A DNA stretch of 64,000 nt from an uncultured Alphaproteobacteria bacterium (GCA_963709185.1 CAVPVQ010000029.1:1122-65121), one strand, 5' to 3'. Shown: positions 8,727 through 19,258, counted from the stretch's first letter. Program-made: numbers and translations. The notes: generated from the sequence alone by a model not told the origin.

Positions 8727-9212
8727 ATGCGACACGCCAAGGCCATCGCCGCGCTGCTCTGCTCGGCCCTCGCCGTCGCCGTGCTGTCGGCGCACACGCA
8801 AGCTCAGGAACAGTCCGCGCAATCCAGTTCGGCCTATGCGCCCAAGGTCGCCGACATCATGGGCCAGACGCAACTGCGACACTTCAAGCTGTGGTTCGCC
8901 GGCAGCGCGGGCAATTGGGCGCTCGCGAGCTACGAGCTGGGGCAGATCAGGGGCGGTTTCGACGCGGCGGCGAGGCTCTACCACACACCTGGCGGCGCGC
9001 CGTCCGCGCGAGGGTTGAAGGACGACAGCGGGCCTCCCGTGGCCGATGTCGCCAAGGCTGTCGCGGCCGGAAACAAAGAAGATTTCATCAAGGCCTTCGA
9101 GCGGCTGACGATGGCCTGCAACGCCTGCCATCAGGCCGCCCATGTCGGATTCATCAGGATCAGGGTGCCGACCTCGTCGCCGTTCACCGACCAGTCTTTT
9201 CCGCCGGAGTGA
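8727..9212 (+). CDS. Periplasmic monoheme c-type cytochrome, paralog 2
   Basis: Signal peptide from ATG 8727; perfect TATAAT at 8684-8689; CNACH; shares MGQTQLRHFKL, GNWALAxYELG, KEDF, AFERLT, VGFI and FPPE with 3484-3978. Confidence 0.75.
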   Translation: MRHAKAIAALLCSALAVAVLSAHTQAQEQSAQSSSAYAPKVADIMGQTQLRHFKLWFAGSAGNWALASYELGQIRGGFDAAARLYHTPGGAPSARGLKDDSGPPVADVAKAVAAGNKEDFIKAFERLTMACNACHQAAHVGFIRIRVPTSSPFTDQSFPPE

Positions 9213-9355
9213 CGGCAAGATCGCGGACGCCCTGCGTCGCCGACGCGGCACGCGCCATTCCTTCCTTGACACGGGCCGGCCGGGGCGCCGAGTATCCATC
9301 AACGCCGTCGCGCCCGGTCTGGCCAGCGAACCGGCGCGGGAGGAGCGGCATAGCG

Positions 9356-10900
9356 ATGGGCGTTTCCGCGGTCGCCAACGCCTGCGCCGACCTTGTCGAT
9401 CGCAATGTCGCCGAGGGGCGCGGCGACAAGCCGGCGTTCCTTGAAGCGGGGCGCGCCCTCACCTACGGCGCGCTGCAGGCGCAGACCTGCCGTTTCGCGC
9501 GCCTGCTCGCGCGCCTCGGCCTGCGGCGCGAGGACCGCATCGCCATGGCGATGCTCGACACGATCGAATTTCCGGTGGTTTTTCTTGGCGCAATCCGCGC
9601 CGGAATCGTGCCGATCCCGCTCAACACGTTGCTGACCACCGAACAATATTCCTACATGCTCGCCGACTCGCGCGCCAAGGCGCTGGTCGTGTCGGCCGCG
9701 CTGTGGCCGGCGCTGGAGCCCGCCCTCGCCCACGCGCCGGACCTCGTCCATGTGATCCTCGCCGACGGCGAAGCGCCCGCCCAAACGATTGCGCTCGACC
9801 GGGCGCTCGAAGGCGAGTCCGCCGACTTGACGCTCGCGCCGACCCATCCCGACGAGCCCTGCTTCTGGCTCTATTCCTCGGGTTCGACCGGCGCGCCCAA
9901 GGGCGTGCGCCACGTCCATTCGAGCATGAGCGATACGGCGCGGACCTTCGGGCGGCAGGTGCTGCAAATTCGCGAAGACGACCTCGTCTTCTCGGCCGCC
10001 AAGCTGTTTTTCGCCTACGGGCTCGGCAACGCGTTGTCATTTCCGCTGCACGTCGGCGCGACCGCCTATCTCCTCGCGGCGCGGCCGACGCCCGGCGCCG
10101 TGTTCGACACGCTCGAAAAATCCGACGCGACGATCTTCTGCGGCGTGCCCACCCTGCTCGCCGCCATGCTCAACGATCGCGGTCTCGCCGGGCGACGCGC
10201 CGGGCCGCGCCTGCGCCTCTGCACATCGGCGGGCGAAGCGTTGCCGGCGCATATCGGCCTGGCCTGGCGCGCCCGCTTCGGCGTCGACATCCTCGATGGC
10301 GTCGGGTCGACCGAAATGCTGCATATCTTCCTCGCCAACGCGCCTGGCGACATCGTCTATGGCGCGTCGGGCCGGGCGGTGCCGGGGTATGAATTGCGCC
10401 TGCTCGATGAGAAGATGCAGCCGACGGCGGACGGCGAAATCGGCGAACTCTATGTGCGCGGCCCCTCGGCCGGCGACGGCTACTGGAACCAGCGCGAAAA
10501 GAGCCGCGCGACGTTTCAGGGCGAGTGGACGCGCACCGGCGACAAATACACGCGCGACGCGACCGGCCTCTACACCTATTGCGGACGCGCCGACGACATG
10601 TTCAAGGTCGGCGGCGTCTGGGTCTCGCCATTCGAAGTGGAGACCGCGCTCGCCGGCCATCCCGCCGTTCTCGAGGCGGCGGTCGTTCCCGCCGAGGACG
10701 GGGACGGCCTGTTGAAACCCAAGGCCTTCATCGTTCTCAAGGACGGCGCTTCGCGCGAGGGTCTCGTCGAGGCGTTGCAGGCGCATGTCAGGGCGAGCGT
10801 CGGCGCATGGAAATATCCGCGCTGGATCGAAATCGTCGACGCTCTGCCCAAGACGGCGACCGGCAAGATCCAGCGCTTCAAATTGCGCGAGCGGGCCTGA
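9356..10900 (+). CDS. Benzoate-CoA ligase family protein
   Basis: GGAGGAG RBS; FWLYSSGSTGAPKG, DGVGSTEMLHIF, GRADDMFKVGG, LPKTATGKIQRF; next to boxC/boxB. Confidence 0.9.
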   Translation: MGVSAVANACADLVDRNVAEGRGDKPAFLEAGRALTYGALQAQTCRFARLLARLGLRREDRIAMAMLDTIEFPVVFLGAIRAGIVPIPLNTLLTTEQYSYMLADSRAKALVVSAALWPALEPALAHAPDLVHVILADGEAPAQTIALDRALEGESADLTLAPTHPDEPCFWLYSSGSTGAPKGVRHVHSSMSDTARTFGRQVLQIREDDLVFSAAKLFFAYGLGNALSFPLHVGATAYLLAARPTPGAVFDTLEKSDATIFCGVPTLLAAMLNDRGLAGRRAGPRLRLCTSAGEALPAHIGLAWRARFGVDILDGVGSTEMLHIFLANAPGDIVYGASGRAVPGYELRLLDEKMQPTADGEIGELYVRGPSAGDGYWNQREKSRATFQGEWTRTGDKYTRDATGLYTYCGRADDMFKVGGVWVSPFEVETALAGHPAVLEAAVVPAEDGDGLLKPKAFIVLKDGASREGLVEALQAHVRASVGAWKYPRWIEIVDALPKTATGKIQRFKLRERA

Positions 10901-11686
10901 GTGGCGGGCCTGCCCGGCGCCGGCTTGATCGATCTCGGCGCCGCCCGGCTGGAATATCGACTGTGGGGGCCGCCGCCCGACGCGGCGCCGACATTGGCGT
11001 TGCTGCATGAGGGGCTTGGCTGCGCCGGCGGGTGGGGCGAATTTCCGGAGCGCCTCGCGGCGGCGACGGGCTGCGCAATCTTCGCCTATTCGCGCGCCGG
11101 CTACGGCGGCTCGAGTTCGATTGCGTTGCCGCGGCCGCTTGACTATATGCAGCGCGAAGCGGTGGAGACCTTGCCGCGCGTTCTCGACGCGATCGGCTTT
11201 GCGCGCGGCGCGCTGATCGGCCATTCCGACGGCGCCTCGATCGCCGCTGTCTGCGCCGGATCGGTCGGCGACCATAGAGTGCGCGCAGTTTCGCTGATCG
11301 CGCCACATTTCATCGTCGAGGACATCACGATCGCGGCGATCGAGCGCGCGCGGGCCGCCTATCAGGCAGGCGATCTGCGCGCCAGGCTGGCGCGTTGGCA
11401 CGCCGACGTCGACGTCGCGTTCCGCGGCTGGAATGACGCGTGGCTCGACCCGAAATTCCGCGCCTTCGACATCACCGGGCATCTTCCCGCGGTGGCAATT
11501 CCCGTGCAGATCATCCAGGGCGGCGCGGACCCTTACGGCGGCGAACGGCAAATCGACGCCGCGGTCGCGGCCTTGCGCGCGCCGCCCGATCTCGTGCGCC
11601 TGCCGGGGATCGGCCACGCGCCGCACCGGGAGGCGCTGGCGGAGACGGTCGAGGCGATTCGACGCTTCGCCATGCCGCTGCTCTGA
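10901..11686 (+). CDS. Alpha/beta hydrolase (box-cluster associated)
   Basis: LLHEGLG oxyanion motif; GHSDG nucleophile elbow; GHAPH; GTG abuts the ligase stop. Confidence 0.85.
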   Translation: MAGLPGAGLIDLGAARLEYRLWGPPPDAAPTLALLHEGLGCAGGWGEFPERLAAATGCAIFAYSRAGYGGSSSIALPRPLDYMQREAVETLPRVLDAIGFARGALIGHSDGASIAAVCAGSVGDHRVRAVSLIAPHFIVEDITIAAIERARAAYQAGDLRARLARWHADVDVAFRGWNDAWLDPKFRAFDITGHLPAVAIPVQIIQGGADPYGGERQIDAAVAALRAPPDLVRLPGIGHAPHREALAETVEAIRRFAMPLL

Positions 11687-11792
11687 TCGCGCGCGCGCCT
11701 TCCTGGCGCGCCCAGCATAGTCGCGCTGGCCCGCGCTTTGCTCTAGGATCGCTGCGCGCGATGGCGCGCGACATGCGGAGGGTAGCGGTGCG

Positions 11793-13482
11793 ATGGCGCA
11801 GGAGGTGCGAAAGCTCGCCAACGGCGCGACCCGCGTGGATTTTGCGACCGACCCTTCGCGCTATCGGCACTGGAAACTGACGATCGACGGCGCGATCGCC
11901 ACGTTGAGCCTGGACGTCGACGAGTCCGGCGGCCTGTTCGAGGGCTATGCGCTGAAGCTCAACTCGTATGATCTTGGCGTCGATATCGAACTCGCCGACG
12001 CCGTGCAGCGATTGCGCTTTGAACACCCGGCGGTCAAGGTGGCGGTCCTGCGCTCGGCCAAGCCGCGCGTGTTCTGCGCGGGCGCCAACATCCGCATGCT
12101 GGCCGGCGCGGAACACCCGCACAAGGTCAATTTCTGCAAGTTCACCAACGAGACGCGCAATGCGATGGAGGACGCCGCCGCCTGCTCGGATCTGCGCTTC
12201 CTCTGCGTGGTGAACGGCAGCGCGGCGGGCGGCGGCTACGAACTGGCGCTGGCGAGCGATCATATAATGCTGGTCGACGACGGATCCTCCGCCGTCTCGC
12301 TGCCTGAACTGCCGTTGCTGGCGGTGCTGCCCGGTACCGGCGGACTCACCCGCCTCGTCGACAAGCGCAAGGTGCGGCGCGACCACGCCGACGTGCTGTG
12401 CACGCTCGAGGAAGGCGTCAAGGGCCAGCGCGCGCTCGACTGGCGGCTCGTCGACGAACTCGCGCCGGCCTCGCAGCTCAGCGAGCGCGTCGCCGCGCGC
12501 GCCAACGCGCTGGCGGCGGGCTCGCGCCGCGCCGGGCCGCCGCGCGGCGTCGCGCTTCCCCCGCTCGTTCGGCGTTTCGCCGACGACGGGGTGCGCTATC
12601 CCAACGTCTCGGTCGACGTCGACCGCGCCGCCCGTGTCGCGACGATCACGCTGCGCGCGCCCGAAGCGCCGCCGCCCGGCGGCGTCGACGAGATGATCGC
12701 CCAAGGCGCGGCGTTCTGGCCGCTGCGGCTGGCGCGCGAACTCGACGACGCGATCCTGCACTTGCGCAACAACGAATATGACATCGGCGTGCTGGTCTTC
12801 AAATCGGCGGGCGATCCGGCGCTGGTCGCGCTGCACGACGCGTTTCTCGAAACCCATCGCGACCACTGGCTGGTCCATGAGACGCGCCACTACTGGAAGC
12901 GGGTCCTCAAGCGCATCGACGTGACGTCGCGCAGCCTGGTGGCGGTCGTCGAGCCCGGATCGTGTTTTGCCGGCTTCCTCGCCGAGATCGTATTCGCCGC
13001 CGATCGCGCCTACATGCTGATCGGCCAGATCGACGGCGACGACCGTCCGCCGGCGGCCCTCACGCTCACCGCCGGCAATTTCGGCCCCTATCCCATGGCC
13101 AACGGCCTCACGCGGCTCGCCACGCGCTTTCTCGGCGAGCCGCGATCGCTCGATGACGCGGCGGCGCGGCTCGGGCAGGCGATCGACGCGCGCCAGGCCG
13201 AGGCGCTCGGTCTCGTCACCTTCGCGCTCGACGACATCGACTGGAGCGACGAATTGCGGCTGTTCATGGAGGAGCGCGCGAGCTTTTCGCCGGACGCCCT
13301 GACCGGCATGGAGGCGAACCTGCGCTTTGCCGGACCGGAGACCATGGAGAGCAAGATTTTCGCCCGCCTCACCGCCTGGCAGAACTGGATCTTCCAGCGG
13401 CCCAACGCGGCGGGCGAGGACGGCGCGTTGCGTCGCTACGGAACCGGGCGCAAGCCCAGCCTTCGACCTGCGGCGCGTTTGA
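11793..13482 (+). CDS. boxC: 2,3-epoxybenzoyl-CoA dihydrolase BoxC; +1 base near 13461
   Basis: YRHWKL, LKLNSYDLGVDIELADA, tandem crotonase folds, ETMESKIFARLTAWQNWIFQRPNA. Removing one C at 13460-13461 gives the typical ...KPSFDLRRV* end (TGA 13480-13482); the raw ORF runs to 13514. Confidence 0.9.
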
Positions 13483-13510
13483 GCGGGCGGGAGCGCCCGA
13501 GGAGATTGCG

Positions 13511-14962
13511 ATGAGCGATGTCGTGAATGTCGACTATTCGACGCGGATTCCCAACAACGTCGGGCTCACCGAAGATCGCCAGGTGCTGCGCGCCCTGGAG
13601 GGCTGGCATCCCGGCTACCTCAGTTGGTGGAAGGACATGGGCCCCGAGGGCTTCCAGGAATCCCTCGTCTATCTCCGCACCGCGATTTCCGTCGATGCGA
13701 AAGGCTGGGCCAAGTTCGACTACGTGCGCATGCCGGACTATCGCTGGGGCGTGCTGCTCGCCCCAAAGGAGGAGGGCCGCAAGGTCAATTTCGGCGAGCA
13801 TCTGGGCGAACCGGCGTGGCAGGAGGCGCCCGGCGAATACCGCGCGATGTTGCGCCGGCTGATCGTCATCCAGGGCGATACAGAGCCGGCCTCGGTCGAG
13901 CAGCAGCGCCATCTCGGCAAGACCGCGCCCTCGCTCTACGACATGCGCAACCTGTTCCAGGTGAATGTCGAGGAAGGCCGCCACCTCTGGGCGATGGTCT
14001 ATCTGCTGCACAAGTATTTCGGCCGCGACGGGCGCGAGGAGGCCGACCAGCTGCTGCAACGTCGCTCCGGCGACAAGGACAAGCCGCGCATGCTCGGCGC
14101 GTTCAACGAGGCGACGCCGGACTGGCTGTCGTTCTTCATGTTCACCTTCTTCACCGACCGCGATGGCAAGATGCAACTGGAGAGCCTCGCGCAGTCGGGC
14201 TTCGATCCGCTGTCGCGCACCTGCCGGTTCATGCTGACCGAGGAAGCCCATCATATGTTCGTCGGCGAGTCCGGCGTCGGGCGGGTGATCGAGCGGACGG
14301 CGCAGGCGATGCGCGCCGCTGGCATCGAGGACCCCGAGGAAATCGCGGGGGTGCGCGGGCTCGGCGTCATCGATCTGCCGACGCTGCAGAAAAAGCTCAA
14401 CCTGCACTATTCGCTGTCGCTCGACCTGTTCGGCTCGGAAGTGTCGACCAATTCGGCGAATTTCTTCAATTCCGGGCTCAAGGGGCGGTTCAGGGAATCC
14501 AAAATCGCCGACGATCACCGCCTGACCGACGCGACCTATCCGGTGCTCAAGCTGGTCGACGGGGCGATCACGCTGGTCGACGAACCCGCGCTCACCGCGC
14601 TCAACATGCGCCTGCGCGACGATTATACGCAGGATTGCGCCAAGGGCGTCGAGCGGTGGAACCGCATCCTCGAAAAAAACGACGTCGCCTTCCGCCTGCG
14701 CCTGCCGCATGTCGCGTTCAACCGGGCGATCGGCCAGTTCAGCCGCGCCCATGCCGACCCCGACGGCCAGATCCTCAGCGAGGCGCAATGGGCGCAGACC
14801 CGAGGCGCGCATCTCCCCTCGACCGAGGACGGCGACTTCATCGCCTCGCTGATGGCCGCTGAGACCGAGCCGGGCAAGTTCGCATCCTGGATCGCCCCGC
14901 CCAAGGCCGGCATCGACAACAAGCCGGGCGACTTCGAATATGTGAAGATCGAGAACAGTTGA
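13511..14962 (+). CDS. boxB: Benzoyl-CoA 2,3-epoxidase di-iron subunit BoxB
   Basis: IPNNV, YLRTAISV, QGDTEPASVEQQ, NVEEGRHLWAM, MLTEEAHHMFVG iron-ligand motifs; GGAG RBS. Confidence 0.95.
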   Translation: MSDVVNVDYSTRIPNNVGLTEDRQVLRALEGWHPGYLSWWKDMGPEGFQESLVYLRTAISVDAKGWAKFDYVRMPDYRWGVLLAPKEEGRKVNFGEHLGEPAWQEAPGEYRAMLRRLIVIQGDTEPASVEQQRHLGKTAPSLYDMRNLFQVNVEEGRHLWAMVYLLHKYFGRDGREEADQLLQRRSGDKDKPRMLGAFNEATPDWLSFFMFTFFTDRDGKMQLESLAQSGFDPLSRTCRFMLTEEAHHMFVGESGVGRVIERTAQAMRAAGIEDPEEIAGVRGLGVIDLPTLQKKLNLHYSLSLDLFGSEVSTNSANFFNSGLKGRFRESKIADDHRLTDATYPVLKLVDGAITLVDEPALTALNMRLRDDYTQDCAKGVERWNRILEKNDVAFRLRLPHVAFNRAIGQFSRAHADPDGQILSEAQWAQTRGAHLPSTEDGDFIASLMAAETEPGKFASWIAPPKAGIDNKPGDFEYVKIENS

Positions 14963-14992
14963 CCCCCGGGCATAGCCGCGCGAAACCGGGGG

Positions 14993-15008
14993 CTAACCGA
15001 TATTTAAC
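14993..15008 (+). promoter_or_regulatory. CtrA-like box CTAA-N7-TTAAC upstream of gtrA
   Basis: One mismatch to TTAA-N7-TTAAC in a short AT-rich patch of a GC-rich intergenic region. Confidence 0.45.
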
Positions 15009-15059
15009 CGGCCGGGGCGCAGCGTCGCCCGCCGGCGCGGCGGGCAAAAGGCGGATTCG

Positions 15060-15500
15060 ATGAGCTTTGGACGGCTGCGGACGCTGGAGACGCGCGACGC
15101 TCTGGCGCGGCAAATTCCCGCCTTCCTGATCATCGGGGCGCTCGGGTTCTGCCTCGACGCCGCCATCACCGTCACCCTCGTGCGGCGCTTCGGCGTCCCG
15201 CCGCTGCTCGCCCGGCCGCCCGCCTTCGTGGTGGTGACGCTCATCAACTTCGCGCTCAACCGCGCCTTCACCTTCCGCTCCGCGGAGACGGCGTGGCTCG
15301 GCGCGCTGGCGCGCTACATCCTCGTCTGCCTCGCCGGCCTGACGGTCAACTATGCGGTCTATGCGGCGCTGCTGGCGCTGGCCCCGTCGTTCGGCGTCGC
15401 GGTCTCGCCGGCGATGCTGACCCTGTTCGTCGCCTGCGGGACCGGCGCGGCGACCCTGCTGACCTTCGCCGGCTTCCGCTCGTTCGCCTTCAGGGCCTAG
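15060..15500 (+). CDS. GtrA-family membrane protein
   Basis: 146 aa, 4 TMs, FLIIGALGFCLD..NFALNRAFTF pattern. Confidence 0.85.
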   Translation: MSFGRLRTLETRDALARQIPAFLIIGALGFCLDAAITVTLVRRFGVPPLLARPPAFVVVTLINFALNRAFTFRSAETAWLGALARYILVCLAGLTVNYAVYAALLALAPSFGVAVSPAMLTLFVACGTGAATLLTFAGFRSFAFRA

Positions 15501-15626
15501 CGGGCGCCCGACGACGCAGTCGTCGGTTCGCGAAGCAATCAGGCGATTCCTGCCCAAAATTGCCCCCTCGCGCCGGGCGGCGTCTCGTCTATGATGCGCG
15601 GGCGCCCTCGAGCCGAGAGCCCCGCC

Positions 15627-17264
15627 ATGACCGCCTCGCCCTACGACCGGGACCTGGACCGCGGCCCCGCCAATTTCCAGCCGCTGACCCCTCTCACTTT
15701 CCTGGAGCGCTCGGCGGCGGTGTTCCCCAACCATCTGGCGATCGTGCACGGCCCGTTGCGGCGCAACTATCGCGAGTTCCATGCGCGCTCGCGGCGGCTC
15801 GCCAGCGCGTTGACGCGGCGGGGTCTCGGGCGCGGCGACACCGTCGCGGCGCTGCTCGCCAATACGCCGGCGATGCTCGAGTGCCATTACGGCGCGCCGA
15901 TGTCCGGCGCGGTGCTGAACACCCTGAACACCCGCCTCGACGCCGCGGCGCTCGCCTTCATGCTCGATCATGGCCAGGCGCGGGCGCTGATCGTCGATCG
16001 CGAATATGCCGCGCTGGCTCGGCAGGCGCTCGCCCTCGCCAAGGTTCGCCCGCTCTTGGTCGACTATGACGACGCCGAATATTCCGGGCCCGGCGAGCCG
16101 CTCGGCGGGCTGGACTACGAAGCGCTGCTCGCCGAAGGCGACGAGAATTACGAACGGACCGCCCCGCGAGACGAGTGGGACGCCATCGCGCTGAACTACA
16201 CCTCGGGCACCACCGGCGATCCCAAGGGCGTGGTCTATCACCACCGCGGCGCCAACCTGCTGGCGGTCGGCAATGTGGTCACCGCCGACATGGGCCGCCA
16301 TCCCGTCTATCTCTGGACGCTGCCGATGTTTCACTGCAACGGCTGGTGCTTCCCGTGGTCGATCAGCGTGAAGGCGGGCGTGCATGTCTGCCTGCGCCAG
16401 GTGCGCGCCAGACAGATGTACGAACTGATCGCCGAGCATCGCGTCACCCATTTGTGCGGGGCGCCGATCGTCATGTCGACGCTGCTCAATGCGCCGGCGC
16501 ATGAAAAGATCGCGCTGCCGCATGTCGTGCGCTTCTTCACCGCCGCCGCGCCGCCGCCCGCCGCCGTGCTCGCGGCGATGCGCGAGGCGGGCTTCGAGGT
16601 CACGCATCTCTATGGGCTGACCGAAACCTACGGACCCGCTGTCGTCAACGACTGGCAGGATCACTGGAACGATCTCGACGGCGCGGGCCAGGCCGAGCTG
16701 AAGGCGCGCCAGGGCGTGCGCTATCACGCGCTGGAGGCGCTCGACGTGATCGACCCCGACACGATGCAGAGCGTGCCGGCGGACGGGCGCACGCTCGGCG
16801 AGGTGATGTTCCGCGGCAATGTGGTGATGAAGGGCTATCTGAAGAACAAGGCGTCGACCGACAGGGCGTTCGCCGGCGGCTGGTTCCACTCGGGCGATCT
16901 CGGCGTCAAACATCCCGACGGCTATATCCAGCTCAAGGACCGCTCGAAGGACATCATCATCTCCGGCGGCGAGAACATCTCGTCGATCGAGGTCGAGGAC
17001 GCGCTGTTCCAGCACCCCGCGGTGCAGCTCGCGGCGGTGGTCGCGCGGCCCGACGAAAAGTGGGGCGAGACCCCCTGCGCGTTCGTCGAATTGAAGCCCG
17101 ACATGAGCGCAACCGCCGAGGAACTTATCGAATGGTGCAAAGCGCGGCTGGCCAGATATAAATGCCCGCGTCACATTTTGTTCATGGAAATCCCCAAAAC
17201 ATCCACTGGCAAAGTGCAGAAATTCGTGCTGCGCGAGCGGGCGCGGACCGTCGACCAGGTTTAA
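15627..17264 (+). CDS. Acyl-CoA synthetase (AMP-binding, AlkK/DmdB-like)
   Basis: PLTPLTFLERSA, YTSGTTGDPKG, YGLTE, WFHSGD, DRSKDIIISGGENISS, PKTSTGK. Confidence 0.9.
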   Translation: MTASPYDRDLDRGPANFQPLTPLTFLERSAAVFPNHLAIVHGPLRRNYREFHARSRRLASALTRRGLGRGDTVAALLANTPAMLECHYGAPMSGAVLNTLNTRLDAAALAFMLDHGQARALIVDREYAALARQALALAKVRPLLVDYDDAEYSGPGEPLGGLDYEALLAEGDENYERTAPRDEWDAIALNYTSGTTGDPKGVVYHHRGANLLAVGNVVTADMGRHPVYLWTLPMFHCNGWCFPWSISVKAGVHVCLRQVRARQMYELIAEHRVTHLCGAPIVMSTLLNAPAHEKIALPHVVRFFTAAAPPPAAVLAAMREAGFEVTHLYGLTETYGPAVVNDWQDHWNDLDGAGQAELKARQGVRYHALEALDVIDPDTMQSVPADGRTLGEVMFRGNVVMKGYLKNKASTDRAFAGGWFHSGDLGVKHPDGYIQLKDRSKDIIISGGENISSIEVEDALFQHPAVQLAAVVARPDEKWGETPCAFVELKPDMSATAEELIEWCKARLARYKCPRHILFMEIPKTSTGKVQKFVLRERARTVDQV

Positions 17265-17267
17265 GGG

Positions 17268-18173
17268 ATGACCAGCAAGCGCGATCCATGGCCCGAACAC
17301 TGCCGCCGGCGGCTGGTCGCCGCGATTCTGAGCGCCGCCGATCTGTTCCCGCATTCGGGCGAAGACGAGGCCTCGCGCATCCATGACGCGCGCAAGGCGC
17401 TGAAACAGGCGCGCGCCGCGGCGAGGCTGTTCGCCGTGGCGGTAGGGCCGCCCGCCTATGAGGCGATCAGCGCGCTGGAGGCGGCGCGCCGCGAGACCGG
17501 GCGAGCGCGCGACCTCGACGTGATGCCCGCCGCGCTGGCGAGCCTCGGCGCGGCGGTCGACGCCGACACGATGGCCCGCCTCAACCGCGCCATCGCCTTT
17601 GAGCGCGAGGTGGCGCGCCACGCCCATCGCGGGATCGACGTCGGCGCCCAGGTGACGCAATTGCGCGAGCTCGCGCGCTCGATCGAGGACTGGGACATCG
17701 CGTCGGCGACCGTTCCCGCGCAATTGCTCAAGGCCTTGCGCAACGGATACCGAACGGCGCGGCGGCACGGACGACGGGCGCTGGATAGCGGCGACGCGCA
17801 CGAACTGCATCTGCTGCGCGCGCAGATCGTCGATCTCGGCGATCATTTCATCGCGCTGGAGCCGGCATGGCCCGATCTGTTCGCCACGATGGGCGAGGAA
17901 TTCCAGCGGATGCGCCGCCATCTTGGCGAACATCACGACCTGACGGTGCTCGCCGAATTCGCGGTCGGCCGCCCCGACCTGCCGCTCAACCAGATGACGG
18001 ATCTGGCGCTGCAGGTGGAGCGGCGCCAGAAGAAGCTGGCGCGCCGCGCCCGCAAGGAGTTCGAGCGCCTGTTCGCCGAACGCCCCAGCGCCCTCGAGCA
18101 CCGCCTCGCCGCCTACCTGCAATATCCGAAGACGCGGATGGCGGGAGAACGCGAGAGCGTCGAGGTGGGGTGA
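17268..18173 (+). CDS. CHAD-domain protein
   Basis: IHDARKALKQARA, ARDLDV, LHLLR, LGEHHDLTVL motifs. Confidence 0.8.
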   Translation: MTSKRDPWPEHCRRRLVAAILSAADLFPHSGEDEASRIHDARKALKQARAAARLFAVAVGPPAYEAISALEAARRETGRARDLDVMPAALASLGAAVDADTMARLNRAIAFEREVARHAHRGIDVGAQVTQLRELARSIEDWDIASATVPAQLLKALRNGYRTARRHGRRALDSGDAHELHLLRAQIVDLGDHFIALEPAWPDLFATMGEEFQRMRRHLGEHHDLTVLAEFAVGRPDLPLNQMTDLALQVERRQKKLARRARKEFERLFAERPSALEHRLAAYLQYPKTRMAGERESVEVG

Positions 18174-18238
18174 GAGGTCCGCCTCGTCGCCGCCCCTTCC
18201 ATGCTACAACGCCCGCCACACCAACCACGGAGCCCGCG

Positions 18239-19258
18239 ATGGCGAAGATGCGTGCGATGATCGTCCCGAAAGCCGGCGCCCCGTTCGAAATGGTGGAGCG
18301 CGATTCCCCCGCGCCCGGCCCGCATGAGGTGCGCATCAAGGTGCAGGCGTGCGGCGTCTGCCACAGCGATTCGGTCACCGTCAATGGCCTGATGCCGGGG
18401 ATCGCCTATCCGCGCATTCCGGGCCACGAAGTGATCGGAATCATCGAGGCGGTCGGCCCCGACGTGGCGGGCTGGAGCGTCGGCGAGCGGGTCGGCGTCG
18501 GCTGGTTCGGCGGCGCCTGCGGCTATTGCGGCAATTGCCGGCGTGGCGACGCCTTCGCCTGCGAGAATATCCACGGCGCCACCGGCGTCACGCGCGACGG
18601 CGGCTACGCCACCCATATGCTGGCCCTGACTTCCGCGCTGGCGCGCGTGCCGGAGGCGCTGGATTCGGTCGAGTCGGCGCCGCTGCTGTGCGCCGGCATC
18701 ACCACCTTCAACGCGCTGCGCAATTGCGGCGCCGGCCCCGGCGACCTCGTGGCGATCCACGGCGTCGGCGGGCTCGGCCATCTCGGCATGCAGTTCGCGG
18801 CGCGGCAGGGGTTTCGCACCGTGGCCGTCAACCGCGGCCGCGACAAGGAGCAACTGGCCCGCTCGCTCGGCGCGCACGCCTATATCGACAGCGCCGCCGA
18901 GGACCCCGCCAAGGCGCTGCAGGCGATGGGCGGCGCCAAGGCGATCATCGCCACCGTCACCGACGCCGGCGCGATGCAGGCGATCGCCGGCGGCCTCGGC
19001 CCCAACGGCGTGCTGATGGTGATCGGCGCGGTCGGCGCGCTCACCGTCAATTCGCTTGATCTGCTGGCCAAGCGCGCCGCGGTGAAGGGCTGGTATTCCG
19101 GCACCTCGGCCGATTCCGAGGACACGCTGCTGTTCAGCGAGCTCAACAAGATCGCCTCGATGAACGAGGTGTTCCCGCTCGAACAGGCTCAAGCGGCCTA
19201 CGACCGGATGATGAGCGGCAAGGCGCGCTTTCGCGTGGTGCTGAAGATCGAGGGGTAG
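18239..19258 (+). CDS. Zn-dependent alcohol dehydrogenase (MDR)
   Basis: CHSD, GHE, CGYCGNC..C structural Zn, GVGGLG Rossmann, GKARFRVVL end. Confidence 0.92.
   Translation: MAKMRAMIVPKAGAPFEMVERDSPAPGPHEVRIKVQACGVCHSDSVTVNGLMPGIAYPRIPGHEVIGIIEAVGPDVAGWSVGERVGVGWFGGACGYCGNCRRGDAFACENIHGATGVTRDGGYATHMLALTSALARVPEALDSVESAPLLCAGITTFNALRNCGAGPGDLVAIHGVGGLGHLGMQFAARQGFRTVAVNRGRDKEQLARSLGAHAYIDSAAEDPAKALQAMGGAKAIIATVTDAGAMQAIAGGLGPNGVLMVIGAVGALTVNSLDLLAKRAAVKGWYSGTSADSEDTLLFSELNKIASMNEVFPLEQAQAAYDRMMSGKARFRVVLKIEG

Noticed and set aside
14838-18122. 1094-aa minus-strand ORF, and similar long ORFs at 23807-25894 (+), 50752-52761 (-), 10037-11821 (-), 677-3022 (-), 41883-43379 (+)
   Set aside because: Antisense shadows of well-supported genes, expected at about 70% GC; no motifs.
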